Positions 45,533 through 56,672 of a stretch of 64,000 bases of DNA are shown here, piece after piece; position 1 is the stretch's first letter; each line of letters opens with the position of its first letter. The notes under the pieces were generated by a model, which worked only from the letters and a program-made list of their open reading frames with translations, did not search any database and was not told the origin of the DNA. The position numbers and the translations under genes are program-made. This DNA comes from Corallochytrium limacisporum Hawaii (lineage: Eukaryota > Protista > Pluriformea): contig PDIP01000051.1 of NCBI GenBank assembly GCA_002811645.1, forward strand, positions 109,127 to 173,126. Reading direction: 5' to 3'.

Positions 45533-47329
45533 TTACTTGCCAGTGTTACCCCAATCCTTTCGGTCCGGTGTCAACTCTCCGCGCATGTTAATTGTCATCA
45601 GCCGTTTGACCTGGTCCGTTGGCACACCCTGTCCAAGCAGCAGGCTGAGTTTAATCGCCGCTGCCTCCGGCGTCATGTCCATACCGCTTACACATCCGAC
45701 GTCCGCAAGTTTCACACCGTTCTCGTACTGGAACAAGTTCACGTATCCACGTGTGCACTGCGAGGTTACAACAACCACCACATCGTCCACCTTGATGGCA
45801 TGTTCTATGGCCTGCAGTAGACCCTCTCTTCGGTGCGGCGCATTGCCGACACCGTAGAGCTGGAGGACGACACCCTTGGTCGGAGGCTTCAGGATGTTGT
45901 GCAGAATGGTATCAGAAAAGCCAGGCGTCATGCGGCACACAATGACATCACTGCAGAGTGCCGTGTGCAGACGAAGCCGCTTCTTCGGTGGTTGGAGGAT
46001 TCGGTTCATGTTGATGTTCATGTGCACACCTAGTCTGGCCAGTGCGGGGTAGTTCAGGCTCTGAAACGCGTCCAGAGATTCGGTGTCAGACTTTTGCGCA
46101 CGGTTCCCGCGCATGAGGTGCGTGCCGAAAAAGATGCAGACCTCTGGAATCTCGAATTGGGCGGCAAAGAGCATGCTCGCAATGATGTTATCACGCGCGT
46201 CGGTGTACGCATGTGCGAAGGGAACCATGCTGCCAGTGATGATGACTGGCTTGCCCAGGTTCTCCAGCATGAAGCTCAGAGCACATGCCGTGTAGGCCAT
46301 AGTGTCTGTGCCGTGCAGGACAACAAATCCGTCGTAGTCAAGATACACGTCTTTGATTTGGTTACCCAACGCAATCCACTCATTTGGGCCAAAGTCACTG
46401 CTGTCCATAATCTCATTCCACTCCACTATGTCAAAGTCCGGCATGCCTTTACCCCTGAAGATACTCATTGTGGTTAGGCAGCGAGTCAGGTAACCAGGAA
46501 CGGGTGCCAGAGAGCCGTCTGATCCCTGTTTCATGCCGATCGTGCCACCGGTGTAGATTAGAAGCAGCCTAGGGCGCTGTACACGGAACCTATCCAGGAC
46601 GGTGTGCGGTGCATCGATTGATGGTGCGGGGCTGTCCATTTGTTCATTGTCACCGTCTACATCACTGTTTTCGTCCTGATCGTTAGCATTGCCGTTGGTT
46701 GCGGCCAAGTGATTGCTTTGGTTGCGGTGATGATGATGGCGTGGCGAAGGCGTTTGGTCCTGCCCGGGGCTGCCACTCTGTTCGATCCTCGTGATCCCGC
46801 CCGTTCCCTGGAAAGGAGGCGGCCTCAACGTCGTGCCAAACTGATGCCCATCGCCCGTTGGCGAACCCAATGGTTCTCTAAAGAAACCCGAACTGACGGT
46901 ACGGACCCTCGAAAAGTTTCCCTCACGGTCCCGAACGGTGACCTGGGCCGAGCCCTCGTTGGGGCCTCTCGATGTCTGAGTAATGCGCGCAAATGTCATG
47001 CCCGACAGCTGAGGGGGTACTTCTGGAATCGTTGGCCCATTGCCAACAGTGTCATAGTAGTCAGTACCGAACTCGCCGCTAAGCTGCTCCAGCGGTCCCG
47101 GCGTGTCCCTGGGCGCCAGCGCGGAACCAACACCTCTTTGCGAGAGAGTTGGAGATGAACGGAAGCTGGGGGCTCCCTCACTGGCATTGGAAACGATGCT
47201 CGCGAGACTACCACCACTGCCACCGCTGCCACCACTGCCGCGCGCAGGACGCTTGGCGTCGGGCTCAGATACGTTGCCCAAGTCCCTGGGGTCCGATGGA
47301 TCGGTAGGGCGCCTCTTTGCAGGAGCCAT
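45533..47329 (-). CDS. Type I (AnsA-like) L-asparaginase with long disordered N-terminus
   Basis: YTGGTIGM, DSSDF, HGTDTMAYTA, KPVIITGS, RGNRAQK, YGVGN, DMTPEAA, MRGELT; first ATG 47329. Confidence 0.9.
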   Translation of the reverse strand: MAPAKRRPTDPSDPRDLGNVSEPDAKRPARGSGGSGGSGGSLASIVSNASEGAPSFRSSPTLSQRGVGSALAPRDTPGPLEQLSGEFGTDYYDTVGNGPTIPEVPPQLSGMTFARITQTSRGPNEGSAQVTVRDREGNFSRVRTVSSGFFREPLGSPTGDGHQFGTTLRPPPFQGTGGITRIEQSGSPGQDQTPSPRHHHHRNQSNHLAATNGNANDQDENSDVDGDNEQMDSPAPSIDAPHTVLDRFRVQRPRLLLIYTGGTIGMKQGSDGSLAPVPGYLTRCLTTMSIFRGKGMPDFDIVEWNEIMDSSDFGPNEWIALGNQIKDVYLDYDGFVVLHGTDTMAYTACALSFMLENLGKPVIITGSMVPFAHAYTDARDNIIASMLFAAQFEIPEVCIFFGTHLMRGNRAQKSDTESLDAFQSLNYPALARLGVHMNINMNRILQPPKKRLRLHTALCSDVIVCRMTPGFSDTILHNILKPPTKGVVLQLYGVGNAPHRREGLLQAIEHAIKVDDVVVVVTSQCTRGYVNLFQYENGVKLADVGCVSGMDMTPEAAAIKLSLLLGQGVPTDQVKRLMTINMRGELTPDRKDWGNTGK

Positions 47330-47343
47330 TATCAATAGATTGA

Positions 47344-47455
47344 CTGTTGTAAGGAATGTGCTTATGATGGCGACAATATTGTGGGGGGACCGACAAAACC
47401 AATCATTGCCCCTTGAGTCACGTGTTTTACTACTTCGAGAAAATTACATGCTTAC
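47344..47455 (-). other. Candidate 5'-UTR intron (112 nt)
   Basis: ATG|GTAAGC donor; CCTTACAACAG acceptor 14 nt before the main ATG. Confidence 0.6.
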
Positions 47456-47650
47456 CATATCCAGGGTCTGGTTACCGCTGTGCAATTTTGCGAAAACTCG
47501 AGGATCTCGATAGTCATAGAAGTATGCCAGATCGTTCTCGCACAGCCACACCCATGATCCCCCAGCTGAAGTACCCACATAGTGTTTATCCAAAAGCGGA
47601 GCACAGGTCGAAAGTCATGTTCAGTCTTCATGCTATGCGTCACCGACTCA

Positions 47651-47790
47651 CGCGCACACAAGGCCGCGCACACAAGGCCGCGCACACATGCACACATGCA
47701 CACACGCACACACGCACCGACACAGACCAGACCCTTGACAGCAAAACTCGCCTTCCCTTTTTGCACACACACACACACACACACGCACAG
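47651..47790. repeat. 14-bp direct repeat (cgcgcacacaaggc, about 2.7 copies) and CA microsatellite
   Basis: Seen directly. Confidence 0.85.
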
Positions 47791-47984
47791 AGCACACGCA
47801 CTTTTGCAGAGTCTGCAACCGCCCAGTCCCATTAAACCCCCAGGAATGACCCCGACATTCCCCCCCCTCCCCACCTTCCTCCCTTCCCTCCGCCCGTTTC
47901 CTTCGCAAAATTCCCTTCCCTTCCCCTTCCCAGCACAGCAGCGCGCGTTCCTTCCCTCTCTCGCTCTCTCCCTCCCCCCCCCCC

Positions 47985-48227
47985 NNNNNNNNNNNNNNNN
48001 NNNNNNNNNNNNNNNNNNNNNNNNNNNNNNNNNNNNNNNNNNNNNNNNNNNNNNNNNNNNNNNNNNNNNNNNNNNNNNNNNNNNNNNNNNNNNNNNNNNN
48101 NNNNNNNNNNNNNNNNNNNNNNNNNNNNNNNNNNNNNNNNNNNNNNNNNNNNNNNNNNNNNNNNNNNNNNNNNNNNNNNNNNNNNNNNNNNNNNNNNNNN
48201 NNNNNNNNNNNNNNNNNNNNNNNNNNN
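47985..48227. other. Assembly gap (243 N) flanked by C runs
   Basis: N run. Confidence 1.
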
Positions 48228-49010
48228 CCCCGGGGCGGTGCGGGGCGGCCTGGAGGCCAGGGCGGTTACCCCCCCTCCCCGAGTCTTTCCTTTCCCCCTC
48301 CCTCCCCCGCTCAACAGCGGCCTTGCCTATTTTATTTTTTTTGTATTACTTGCCGGCCCGGAAAAGACCAAACCGTCTCTCCCTCTCTCCCCTTGTCAAA
48401 CGTCAGCAGAATTTCCTATCCAATTCAATCGGGATAAGAGAAGATAACGCATAAAAGACACATGGGCCAAGTTTTATATTTTATTTTGGTTGAGTTGTTT
48501 TTTTTATTGGTTTTTATTTGGATTCCTTGGGCGTCTCTCTACGTTTCACTCACTCACACTCTCTCTCTCACCTCTTGCCTCCCATGCTCCTGGGGGAGGG
48601 GAGGGTGGCTGGTGGCTGGCTGTGTGTGAATGGCTCCTCCGCCTTGCCGCGTTCGCCGTTTTTTTTTTCCTTTTCTTCAAGTTCGGTTTTCTTTTTTGGT
48701 CCTTTGACCTCGGCGAGTCCTTCGAAAGTTTCTTTTTTTTTTTCCCAGAGTGCACAATGCAAAATATTAAGAAATATCGAAATGAAAACCCGGCTTTTGT
48801 TTTGGCTGCTGCTAATCGAGCGATTTTGATTACTGCCTGTGGACGACCCCCCGGGGGGCCGGGGAGGCGGTGGTAGTTCTTTCCTTTTATTTTTTTTAAC
48901 TTTCTAGGATAAGAACTTAAAACACCGAAAATAATGGGGAGGGGGGGAGGGGCCCTTTCGCCTTTATCACTGGGCAACATCTGCTCTCTCGCTTCTTAGG
49001 CGATTACGTT

Positions 49011-50263
49011 GTGTGTGTGTGTGTGTGTGTCTGTAGTTGTCCGTGTGTTGCCCTCTCTATAGCGAATGTATGTGAAATTAGGGGCCTAATTTAAGCCAGT
49101 GTATCGAAATTTATCTCTCTCTCTCTGACGTGCGATTTAAAAAAAAAAAGAAAAACGAATGAAAACACGCCGATATGATGTTGTTTTCTTGTGTGTCGTA
49201 GTGAATGTACCAGACAGTTGTGTGTGTATGTGTGTGTGTGTGCGTGCGTGGGTGGGTGGTGGTGGTAAGGTTTCAGCGCTCTTCCCTTATCGTTCCTTGC
49301 GTTCGAAAGCGGGTCCGTCCCGGTGCTGGCTGCCAAGGGAGAAGAAGAAAGAAAAAAATCGACCCCCCCCCACCCTCGCAAGGTGTTCTTCCCTTTCTTT
49401 CGCACAGAATGGCAATATAGTGAATGAATGTCCGAACAATCGACGACACCGCCATGGGTGAGAGAGAGAGAGAGAGAGCGAGCGAAAGAGAGAAGCGCAA
49501 CGGAGAAAGAGACGGGTTCGGTGCTACCAATGAACCAACCCGTGATATAGTACAACACAATCGCGCGTCTGTTGGTACCACCCGTCACGGTCCCGGAATT
49601 TTGTCCTTCCCTTGGCGCATACACACCCATGCCAAGCAACATGCATACTTGCAGACATCACACTTGTCAGCATTGTAACAAAGCCCGTCAACACCCTTCA
49701 CGTTCTCGCTCTTGCCTTTTTGTGTCTTCAGGCATTCCTGTGATTGTCTCACGGGCGGCCACTGCATCACCACGCACACACGCACACACGGCACACGCTA
49801 ACAACCCCCAAAGCGAGAGTGTTCCTGCCTGGAGAAGGCCGGCGGAGGGGGGGGGCAGGCAAAAGTTGGGACCGGACCCCACCAACCCCCCTCCCCGCTC
49901 CCCCTCCCCCTTTCTCACGACCTTTTTTTCATTTTTTTTTAATATAGGTCTGTCTTTATTTTTTTATTACTTTCTTACGCCCCGGCCTCAGCCGTCCGAA
50001 CGGCTCCCCGGTTAAAAAAAAGAACCGGGCGGGGAGACGAAGTGACGGTGGGAACGGGGGGCCTAATTTTGACGGACAGACAAAAGACTCGAACAACCCA
50101 CCCGCCTGACCAAGAAAACCACCGGGGGCCCTGGGTCCTTTGCTCCGGGTCCCCCCCGCCGTTGCGATCTTCCGCTCTCTCGCTCTCTTCCCCGTGCAGT
50201 GGAGAGGGGGGACGGGCAGCCCCAGTATTCCAACCGTGGCACAGAGAGAGAGAGAGAGAGAGA
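49011..50263. repeat. Cluster of GT and GA microsatellites
   Basis: (GT)n 49011-49030 and about 49220-49242; (GA)n about 49460-49478 and 50243-50263. Confidence 0.85.
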
Positions 50264-50495
50264 GTGAGAGGCAGGAAAGAGCCGAGGCACACACGCGGGT
50301 CACAGACGCGCAGTGTGAAAAACCTCCCCCTTTTTCCACCCAACGGAAAAAGGGCGGGTTGGGTTTGGAAAATGACGGGTTCCCGGGTGGGCAGGCAAGG
50401 TGGGCTGCCAAAGCAGGCGATTTTAGGGGTTGGACGAACGTGTGCCAACTTCCTTATACTGTGAAATGGATTCTTGTGCATGAACAACGAGAATG

Positions 50496-50651
50496 GTAAG
50501 CGCAGAGGTTTTTGAGGATGGTATTTTTCCTTCTGACAAAGTTGGAACCGTAGAAGCCAATTGCCTGGAACCTGAATTTCGGCTGCATTGTATTGGTAGT
50601 GAAAAGGAAGATGACCACGCAACCATAGACAGACCATTTTGTACACGTTAG
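50496..50651 (+). other. Candidate start-codon intron (156 nt)
   Basis: ATG|GTAAGC donor; CGTTAG acceptor; splicing puts ATG 50493 in frame (adds MNTIEI). Confidence 0.5.
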
Positions 50652-50666
50652 AACACAATTGAAATT

Positions 50667-51200
50667 ATGACCACCACATCGAAGGACGATCTGTCATCAA
50701 CGGCGCAGACGGAGAAAAAGAATGAATTGCTTGAACCTACCGACGACGCCAACGTTCAGGGAAAAATCGAGCGAATGCTCAACGAGGGCGACACGTCATC
50801 TGTGACAGAGAAGGACAAGAAACCCAAGGAGCGCCCTGTCATGCGGATAGACAAGAAGGAATCAGTCCTGAGCCAGGTTCGAGACTTCCTACCAAAGATG
50901 GAGAAAGCCAACGCCGAACTGGAAGCCAAAATCAACGAATCAAATGAGGGTAAGGATTCCGTGAATATTGAAAACGTCGGCGAGGACGAGCAACACATTG
51001 AAATGAACCTGGGAGTTGGTGTATTTGATGTGAAACCGAAGGAAGATAATGACCATGATACGGAGATCACAGAAGACAACATCCGGATACCTGGGATGAA
51101 CGACGACGGACAGGGCCGCGATGCCAATAATGAAGAAGATGAGAAGGAAGATAAGAAGGCAACGAAGGATGTAAAAAACCCCAAGATTCAGCCCCTGTAA
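50667..51200 (+). CDS. NOPCHAP1: NOP protein chaperone 1 (C12orf45/DUF4598 family)
   Basis: SVLSQVRDFLPKMEKANAEL and IEMNLGVGVFD. Confidence 0.8.
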   Translation: MTTTSKDDLSSTAQTEKKNELLEPTDDANVQGKIERMLNEGDTSSVTEKDKKPKERPVMRIDKKESVLSQVRDFLPKMEKANAELEAKINESNEGKDSVNIENVGEDEQHIEMNLGVGVFDVKPKEDNDHDTEITEDNIRIPGMNDDGQGRDANNEEDEKEDKKATKDVKNPKIQPL

Positions 51201-51327
51201 ATTAGTAAAACGCTCAGATTGATGTATGATGACTTCTATGTATGTTTCGTGTAGTTTTTAGTATACAATTGACTAGGATCTGATTCGTCAAATGAATCCC
51301 ACTCTTCCGAATTGCTATCCTCGATGT

Positions 51328-51930
51328 TCATTTTGGCAAGCGCACCTCATCCTTGTAGAGCCGTCGCACGGTGGCATCCATTGCCTGCGTTACGCCCTCA
51401 TCGATTGGATGCACAATGAAGGGTATCGTCACCAAACCAATCGCCGTGGCGGCCCACCTCCGCACACCTGGGCTCAACGAACTCGTTGATTTGAGAGCAA
51501 CTCTGGAGAGAGCAACAACGCGATTGATTGTAAAGCCAGGAATCAGCACGGAAGCCAAAGTCTGCCAGAGGAGAGCATCGCCTCCACAGATGGCTCGACG
51601 CTGCCACTGTGAGAGGGATCCAAGCAACGGTTCCGTAGAGGACGGCTCGCGGTACGGCAGGTCCAGGATTCGCCCTACCTCGGTGTGCTTCGCCTGTTTG
51701 TCACTGCCACTAGGTCCCTCCGGCTGCTGATAATTGAGTGTTTTGTCCGCAGCATCCGCAGCTGCGTAACCGAAACTGATAACATAGGTCAGTGCCACCG
51801 CCTTTCCTCCGATCTGTGAACGGAAAGCTTCCCCAACCTCGTTGGCGTATCCAAGGTAGCGCACCCATGTGTCACGGAACAAGTCCACGTGCGGCTGGCC
51901 TGTACCGTCCTCTGTGTTATTTGAAATCAT
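51328..51930 (-). CDS. MTFP1: Mitochondrial fission process protein 1 (MTP18)
   Basis: DLFRDTWVRYLGYANEVGEAFR, WQTLASVLIPGFTINR, IPFIVHPID. Confidence 0.92.
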   Translation of the reverse strand: MISNNTEDGTGQPHVDLFRDTWVRYLGYANEVGEAFRSQIGGKAVALTYVISFGYAAADAADKTLNYQQPEGPSGSDKQAKHTEVGRILDLPYREPSSTEPLLGSLSQWQRRAICGGDALLWQTLASVLIPGFTINRVVALSRVALKSTSSLSPGVRRWAATAIGLVTIPFIVHPIDEGVTQAMDATVRRLYKDEVRLPK

Positions 51931-51946
51931 GTTTCTATTTGTTTTC

Positions 51947-52014
51947 CTGAGTAGGTGCTAACATTTTAACACACAAACAATCAGGCTTCGAATCCTGGAC
52001 TTTGCCTTGAATAC
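51947..52014 (-). other. Candidate 5'-UTR intron (68 nt)
   Basis: GTATTC donor; CTACTCAG acceptor 16 nt before the ATG. Confidence 0.4.
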
Positions 52015-52597
52015 TTGCATGCAGCCATTGACCGCCCAAGTGTTTTTAGTTTCTCCTTGTGATTGTCTCCGATTTATAGCGTTCTATGGCACTATGATAT
52101 AGTTATGCGAGGAAAGTGACGAGTGAAGAAGGACTCGGCTAAAAACATTGAGAAACCAGAAGGAAGTTGAACGAGACGCAGTAAGACACGCCTGGTTCCA
52201 CACACACCCCGACTCCGTGCACGGATGCGGCAGTGCCGTTCCGGTATTTGTATGCGCACACGGGCGATGGGTGACGTGGTTGGGAGATGGGAGACGAAGT
52301 GCCTCCTTCTCCCTTCTGCTCCCCGAGGAGAGAAGAGGAGAGAGTGGAGAAGAGAGAAGCCCCCGGGGGGGTTGGGGTTGGGCGCCAGGTGCTCTTGCCG
52401 GTGATCTCCAGGCGGTGCGTTGAAACGGGAGTCCGGGAGTTGGGGCGGATCCCTCTTATCTCCATTGCCATCGCTTGATGTTAAGGTGGAACAAGCAGTT
52501 CCGATTCGATTTCACTTTTATTCCTTTTGTGTACAACGGGTGTCAGATCATGGTGAGAGAACCACTGCTGATCCCTAGATTCAGAGGAACAACTAAC

Positions 52598-53398
52598 CTA
52601 GTCTCCTCCGAGCCGGTAGCCCTGGCCCCAGGTCCCTGCACCTCGACCGCCCTGGTCTCCACCTCCATTGCCTGCACCACGGCCAGGTGCTGTCGTCCGC
52701 CCCGGAGGAGCAAACCGCTGCACCCCGCTACCGCTGGCGCCAAAGCCTGCAGCGTTCGGTTGGTCAGGAGGAAATGCGGTGTGCATAAATGCAGGCGTCT
52801 CAAGCAGGCGTGGCCCCCCTTGAGCCGGGTAGATTTCCCGAAAGAAAAGATAGGCGTGACCAGCGACGATACCTGTCAATTCTTGGATCGGGTTGCCACC
52901 CATGAGCATGGTAAAGAGCACGAACACCCACGGCAAGTACATGGCCTTGAACCGCGCCCCAAACATGAACGTGACAATCACCTCGCGATTCAGCTGGCTC
53001 CAAACGTACAGGATGGAAAGTACCAGTGGCGTTACCAAGATAAGCATGCTCAAGAACGAGCCCAAGATTAGGCATATAATCATGCTTACCAACAGGAACC
53101 ACGCATAGTCTGCTGGTTTCCCTTCAAAGTGTCCCTTCTCCAGCATTCCCGAGTATGTGTACAGGAAATATACCGTAAACAGGAACGGAAATCCGAGCCG
53201 CCCAGCGAAAGCGAATGGTGTAACGAGACGCCAAAATTCAAATTTATACAGGAGGGCGTCCGTATCAAGGACAAGTCGGTAGGGGTCGATCAACCCAAAG
53301 TTACCTGCCAACGTGCCCACCAACACACTGGTGAACATGAGGCGGGTGAACTTGGGTATACCGTAGAACCACGCACTGAGGTCTCCTGAGGCATCCAT
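52598..53398 (-). CDS. DERL1: Derlin-1 (ERAD rhomboid pseudoprotease)
   Basis: IPKFTR, FEFWRLVT, LEKGHFEGKPADY, FKAMYLPWV, GIVAGH, C-terminal SHP box WGQGYRLG; first ATG 53398. Confidence 0.92.
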   Translation of the reverse strand: MDASGDLSAWFYGIPKFTRLMFTSVLVGTLAGNFGLIDPYRLVLDTDALLYKFEFWRLVTPFAFAGRLGFPFLFTVYFLYTYSGMLEKGHFEGKPADYAWFLLVSMIICLILGSFLSMLILVTPLVLSILYVWSQLNREVIVTFMFGARFKAMYLPWVFVLFTMLMGGNPIQELTGIVAGHAYLFFREIYPAQGGPRLLETPAFMHTAFPPDQPNAAGFGASGSGVQRFAPPGRTTAPGRGAGNGGGDQGGRGAGTWGQGYRLGGD

Positions 53399-54233
53399 GG
53401 TGTCACTTTGTTTTCTGCTTGCGAGGTAGCGATCACTGACGAAATTCCTCAACTGCGCTTCGGATGTGCCTTGTAGATTTGGTATCTGTGGGTGCGTTTG
53501 CTTCTTTAAAGACCACTATTCCCGTCACAGAGAGCACAACACTTCATCATATGATACACCGTCAGGTTTTGAAAGGCCCTTGGTAGTTTGAAATAGATTA
53601 TCCAAGGCCAAAGGAATGAAACGATAAACCAAGGACCGATCAGCGCAGCCCGTGACAGAACCGCGAACACCAAGTTTTGTTCCCGATTCCTCCGCGGAGT
53701 TGGGGCGGCACCAGTGGCCTCCACGTCAGAACCCTCCCTGGCTAGCCACTGAGCGGGCCGGCGGGTGGCCAAAAGCTGACGGGAGGGTAGCAACAACAAA
53801 AGAAAATGGGGGCCTAAATTTTCGGCTTATTTTGCTTAGGCAGGAGCTGGGCACGGAACGCGGATACGACCCGATGGTGCGGGAGCGCCCTGAGGTTGGT
53901 GATCGTGTTTCCCTTCAGTCCGATCCAAAGTCGTGGATACATGCAAAGTGAACACTATTTAAGACATTGAAGCACATAGTGGTATTTAGTATGTTTTCTT
54001 ATGGATTGGACTGCCATGTGTAAAACCGGTACACACACAGTTGTATCTATATTGGCGAATTTGGAGATGGTTATGGCTTCTGAAGTTTCAATACCCCAGG
54101 ATGCTTACCTCTCTTGCCATGCGTCACAGTCATTACTGCAGCATCATCTAAGAGGTTTCCGTGTTAAGAGAGACGTTGCTACCGTATTCACCATTGACGT
54201 CACTCTCAATGCTGCCTTTGGCACTGCCATCGC

Positions 54234-56672
54234 TCAGACTAGTACCGCCGGAGCAACGGAACCATTCGAATTTGTGGGCGGAGTCTTGCGCAGTCCGCTC
54301 CGGGCGGACGCCAAAGTTCCCGGGCTCACAGGCACGACGCAAACACCAGAATTTGCAGACTGATCCGCTGTCGTGGAGGAAGATGACTTTGGAGGCATGC
54401 TCAAGGACGAAGATACAGCAGCGGCTGATTTGGTGCCGCTGACGGCCATCTGCAGATCCATGGCCAGGGGGATATTCTTCCGAGGTCGACGGGTGGGGGG
54501 AGCATCCGGGCCACTGGCGCCACCATCAGCGCTAGCCGAAGGGGGAGGCGACGGCGGCTGTAACTTTAGTATGTGCTTTCGCCGGTGTGTGGCGGCGATC
54601 TGCCACGCCGTCAAGCCCTGACGATCCTGCGCAAAGGCGTCTACAGCTTCGACTCCTTCCGCAAGCAGCCGTTTTACAGTACCCATCCGTCCCCAACGGC
54701 AGGCGACGTGTAGTGGCGTCCAGCCACGATCTGTGGTCTTCATTGTTGCATCTGCGCCGTGCTCAAGCAGCAGACCCACAATGGTCTCTTGGCCCATCTC
54801 TGCTGCCCAATGGAGAGGTGTGTGCCGGGTATCAGGCATGGGACGACTCACGTCAGCACCGGCATCCAGGCAGACTTCAACGAGCTCCTCCTTGCCATCG
54901 CGAGCGAAACTGTGAAGTAGAGAACCATGGCGGTAGTGAACGGCGTCGATAAGCAATGGATTGGCCTCAATGGCGGTGCGGACCTCGCAGACTGAAGTAC
55001 TGGCGCGCAGATCGGCGAGGTCAGTTGCAGCAAGAGCTGGATCAATAGAACCTCCACAAGCAGCTTCGATTGTTGGATTTGCACCAAAGCGCAACAATAA
55101 AGTCTGCGCCTCCGCCAGCAGTGGGTTGGCGACGGCGTACATCAGTGGTGTCCGACCGATTCGATCTTTGCAATTGACGCTGACGCCCAGTTTAAGAATT
55201 TCAGAGAGGACGTGGAGTCCGGACGGGGTGGCTGCGATGGGCACCGGAGAGTCTGGGTCCAATCCCGCGGCAGCGACGGGATCGAACACTCCAGTCGTTG
55301 GGTCAGGCTCGTAGTAGTGGCTGTTGAAGCCACCACCGAGGCTATACCTTAACTTGGACAAGGCACGGTCTCCGATGGAGCCCTGGCGTGGAGGCCGCAT
55401 AGTCGTGTGCGGAGAGGCCAACGGCGAGTCGGTTGCAGCTGTGGTGGCAGTACCGTAAGCCACAGACGCAACCGAAGCCGTAACGGGGATAGAGTGTGCC
55501 GAAGAAACCGTACCGCAAGCGTGGGCGTAAGACATCGAGACGCCACTGTCGAGCGCTCCCAGCGATGCCGCACTCGATGACCGGAGGAGCGGAAACGATG
55601 CAGCCAGTGCCTCTGCGGAAACCACCCTCTTCGCCGCGGCTCCAGGCGCTGCTGCAACCAGAAGGAGACGGTGAATGAGCCTGCGCCCATCCCTGTCCTC
55701 CTCATCGAGTCTCGTCCGATTCATACGAAGCACCGAACGCAAGACGGACCTCGGAAGAGATGGCAGCACCTCCATTGCCTGCGGTCCCTGCAGATTCACC
55801 GATGCACCGGCACTCAGCAGCATGCGAATGATTGTTTCTTGCTTCTGTTTGGTCGCGACGCTGGATGCCGACGACACACCTGTTTGGTTGCTCTGGTCAC
55901 GCAACCCCTCAAGAGTCACGTCAAGTGGTGTACGTCCAGCGGCATCTCGCACAGAAGGGTCAGCTCCAGCTCGAAGCAGGGTTTGGATCATGCGTGGATG
56001 ATTGCGGGCACAGGCGAGATGCAGCGGCGTCTCCCCATCACTGGTTCCCGCGGCATTCACGTCCGCGCCCTTGTCAAGCAACATAACCACGCACTTCATC
56101 TGACCCTGTGGGTTCATGTCAAAGTAGAGGCGGTTCATTTCTCCCAGAATCTTGCCCTCAGGTGCCTGTACGGCGTAGTGGAGGGCAGTTCTGCCCAATC
56201 GTGGGTCCTGCTGGTTCACGTTCACACCGATAGTCCCGATGAGCAGTTCCACACACTCATCCAGACCACAGCAGCAGGCCAGCTGTAGCATGGACATTTG
56301 GAACTTGGCATCATCATTGAATGGCCGGTCTGCGAATGTGTACTCTCGGCTTCCATTGATGTTGGCATTGCGGAGGAGCTCAAGATAACCCTTCTTCTCT
56401 TCCAAAGTCTTGCGCATCTTTGCAGCGTTCTTTTCGTTTAGTTCAATTCGAGTGCCGAAGGAGCTGCTGCGAACATGGCCCTCTGGTACGGAAAGTGCAA
56501 CTGCCTTCGGCTTCTTCTCTGGCTTGCTCTCCGGCTTGCTGTCTTCATCGTCGACTTCTGTGGTTGGAGGCGACATGACAGGTGGAGATTTATGGTGTGT
56601 TCCCTTTGCTGAGGAGAATATCCCAGACCGGTGGGTATTGGTCCGACCTAACTTTTTCAGAGCTTCTCGCAT
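54234..56672 (-). CDS. Ankyrin-repeat protein with two repeat clusters; start uncertain
   Basis: GRTALHYA, GETPLHLAC, GRTPLMYA, HTPLHWAA, GWTPLHVAC; first ATG 56672 but frame open to about 56850. Confidence 0.85.
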   Translation of the reverse strand: MREALKKLGRTNTHRSGIFSSAKGTHHKSPPVMSPPTTEVDDEDSKPESKPEKKPKAVALSVPEGHVRSSSFGTRIELNEKNAAKMRKTLEEKKGYLELLRNANINGSREYTFADRPFNDDAKFQMSMLQLACCCGLDECVELLIGTIGVNVNQQDPRLGRTALHYAVQAPEGKILGEMNRLYFDMNPQGQMKCVVMLLDKGADVNAAGTSDGETPLHLACARNHPRMIQTLLRAGADPSVRDAAGRTPLDVTLEGLRDQSNQTGVSSASSVATKQKQETIIRMLLSAGASVNLQGPQAMEVLPSLPRSVLRSVLRMNRTRLDEEDRDGRRLIHRLLLVAAAPGAAAKRVVSAEALAASFPLLRSSSAASLGALDSGVSMSYAHACGTVSSAHSIPVTASVASVAYGTATTAATDSPLASPHTTMRPPRQGSIGDRALSKLRYSLGGGFNSHYYEPDPTTGVFDPVAAAGLDPDSPVPIAATPSGLHVLSEILKLGVSVNCKDRIGRTPLMYAVANPLLAEAQTLLLRFGANPTIEAACGGSIDPALAATDLADLRASTSVCEVRTAIEANPLLIDAVHYRHGSLLHSFARDGKEELVEVCLDAGADVSRPMPDTRHTPLHWAAEMGQETIVGLLLEHGADATMKTTDRGWTPLHVACRWGRMGTVKRLLAEGVEAVDAFAQDRQGLTAWQIAATHRRKHILKLQPPSPPPSASADGGASGPDAPPTRRPRKNIPLAMDLQMAVSGTKSAAAVSSSLSMPPKSSSSTTADQSANSGVCVVPVSPGTLASARSGLRKTPPTNSNGSVAPAVLV

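Noticed and set aside
44609-48454. ORFs containing X runs
   Set aside because: Artefacts of reading through N gaps and low-complexity DNA
51981-51999. TCAGGCTTCGAATCCTGGA resembling a tRNA T-arm
   Set aside because: 8-nt loop, and no acceptor, D or anticodon arm nearby
54234-56672. Ankyrin gene as the split-off tail of the asparaginase
   Set aside because: It lies 7 kb upstream with three genes between and shows no specific similarity
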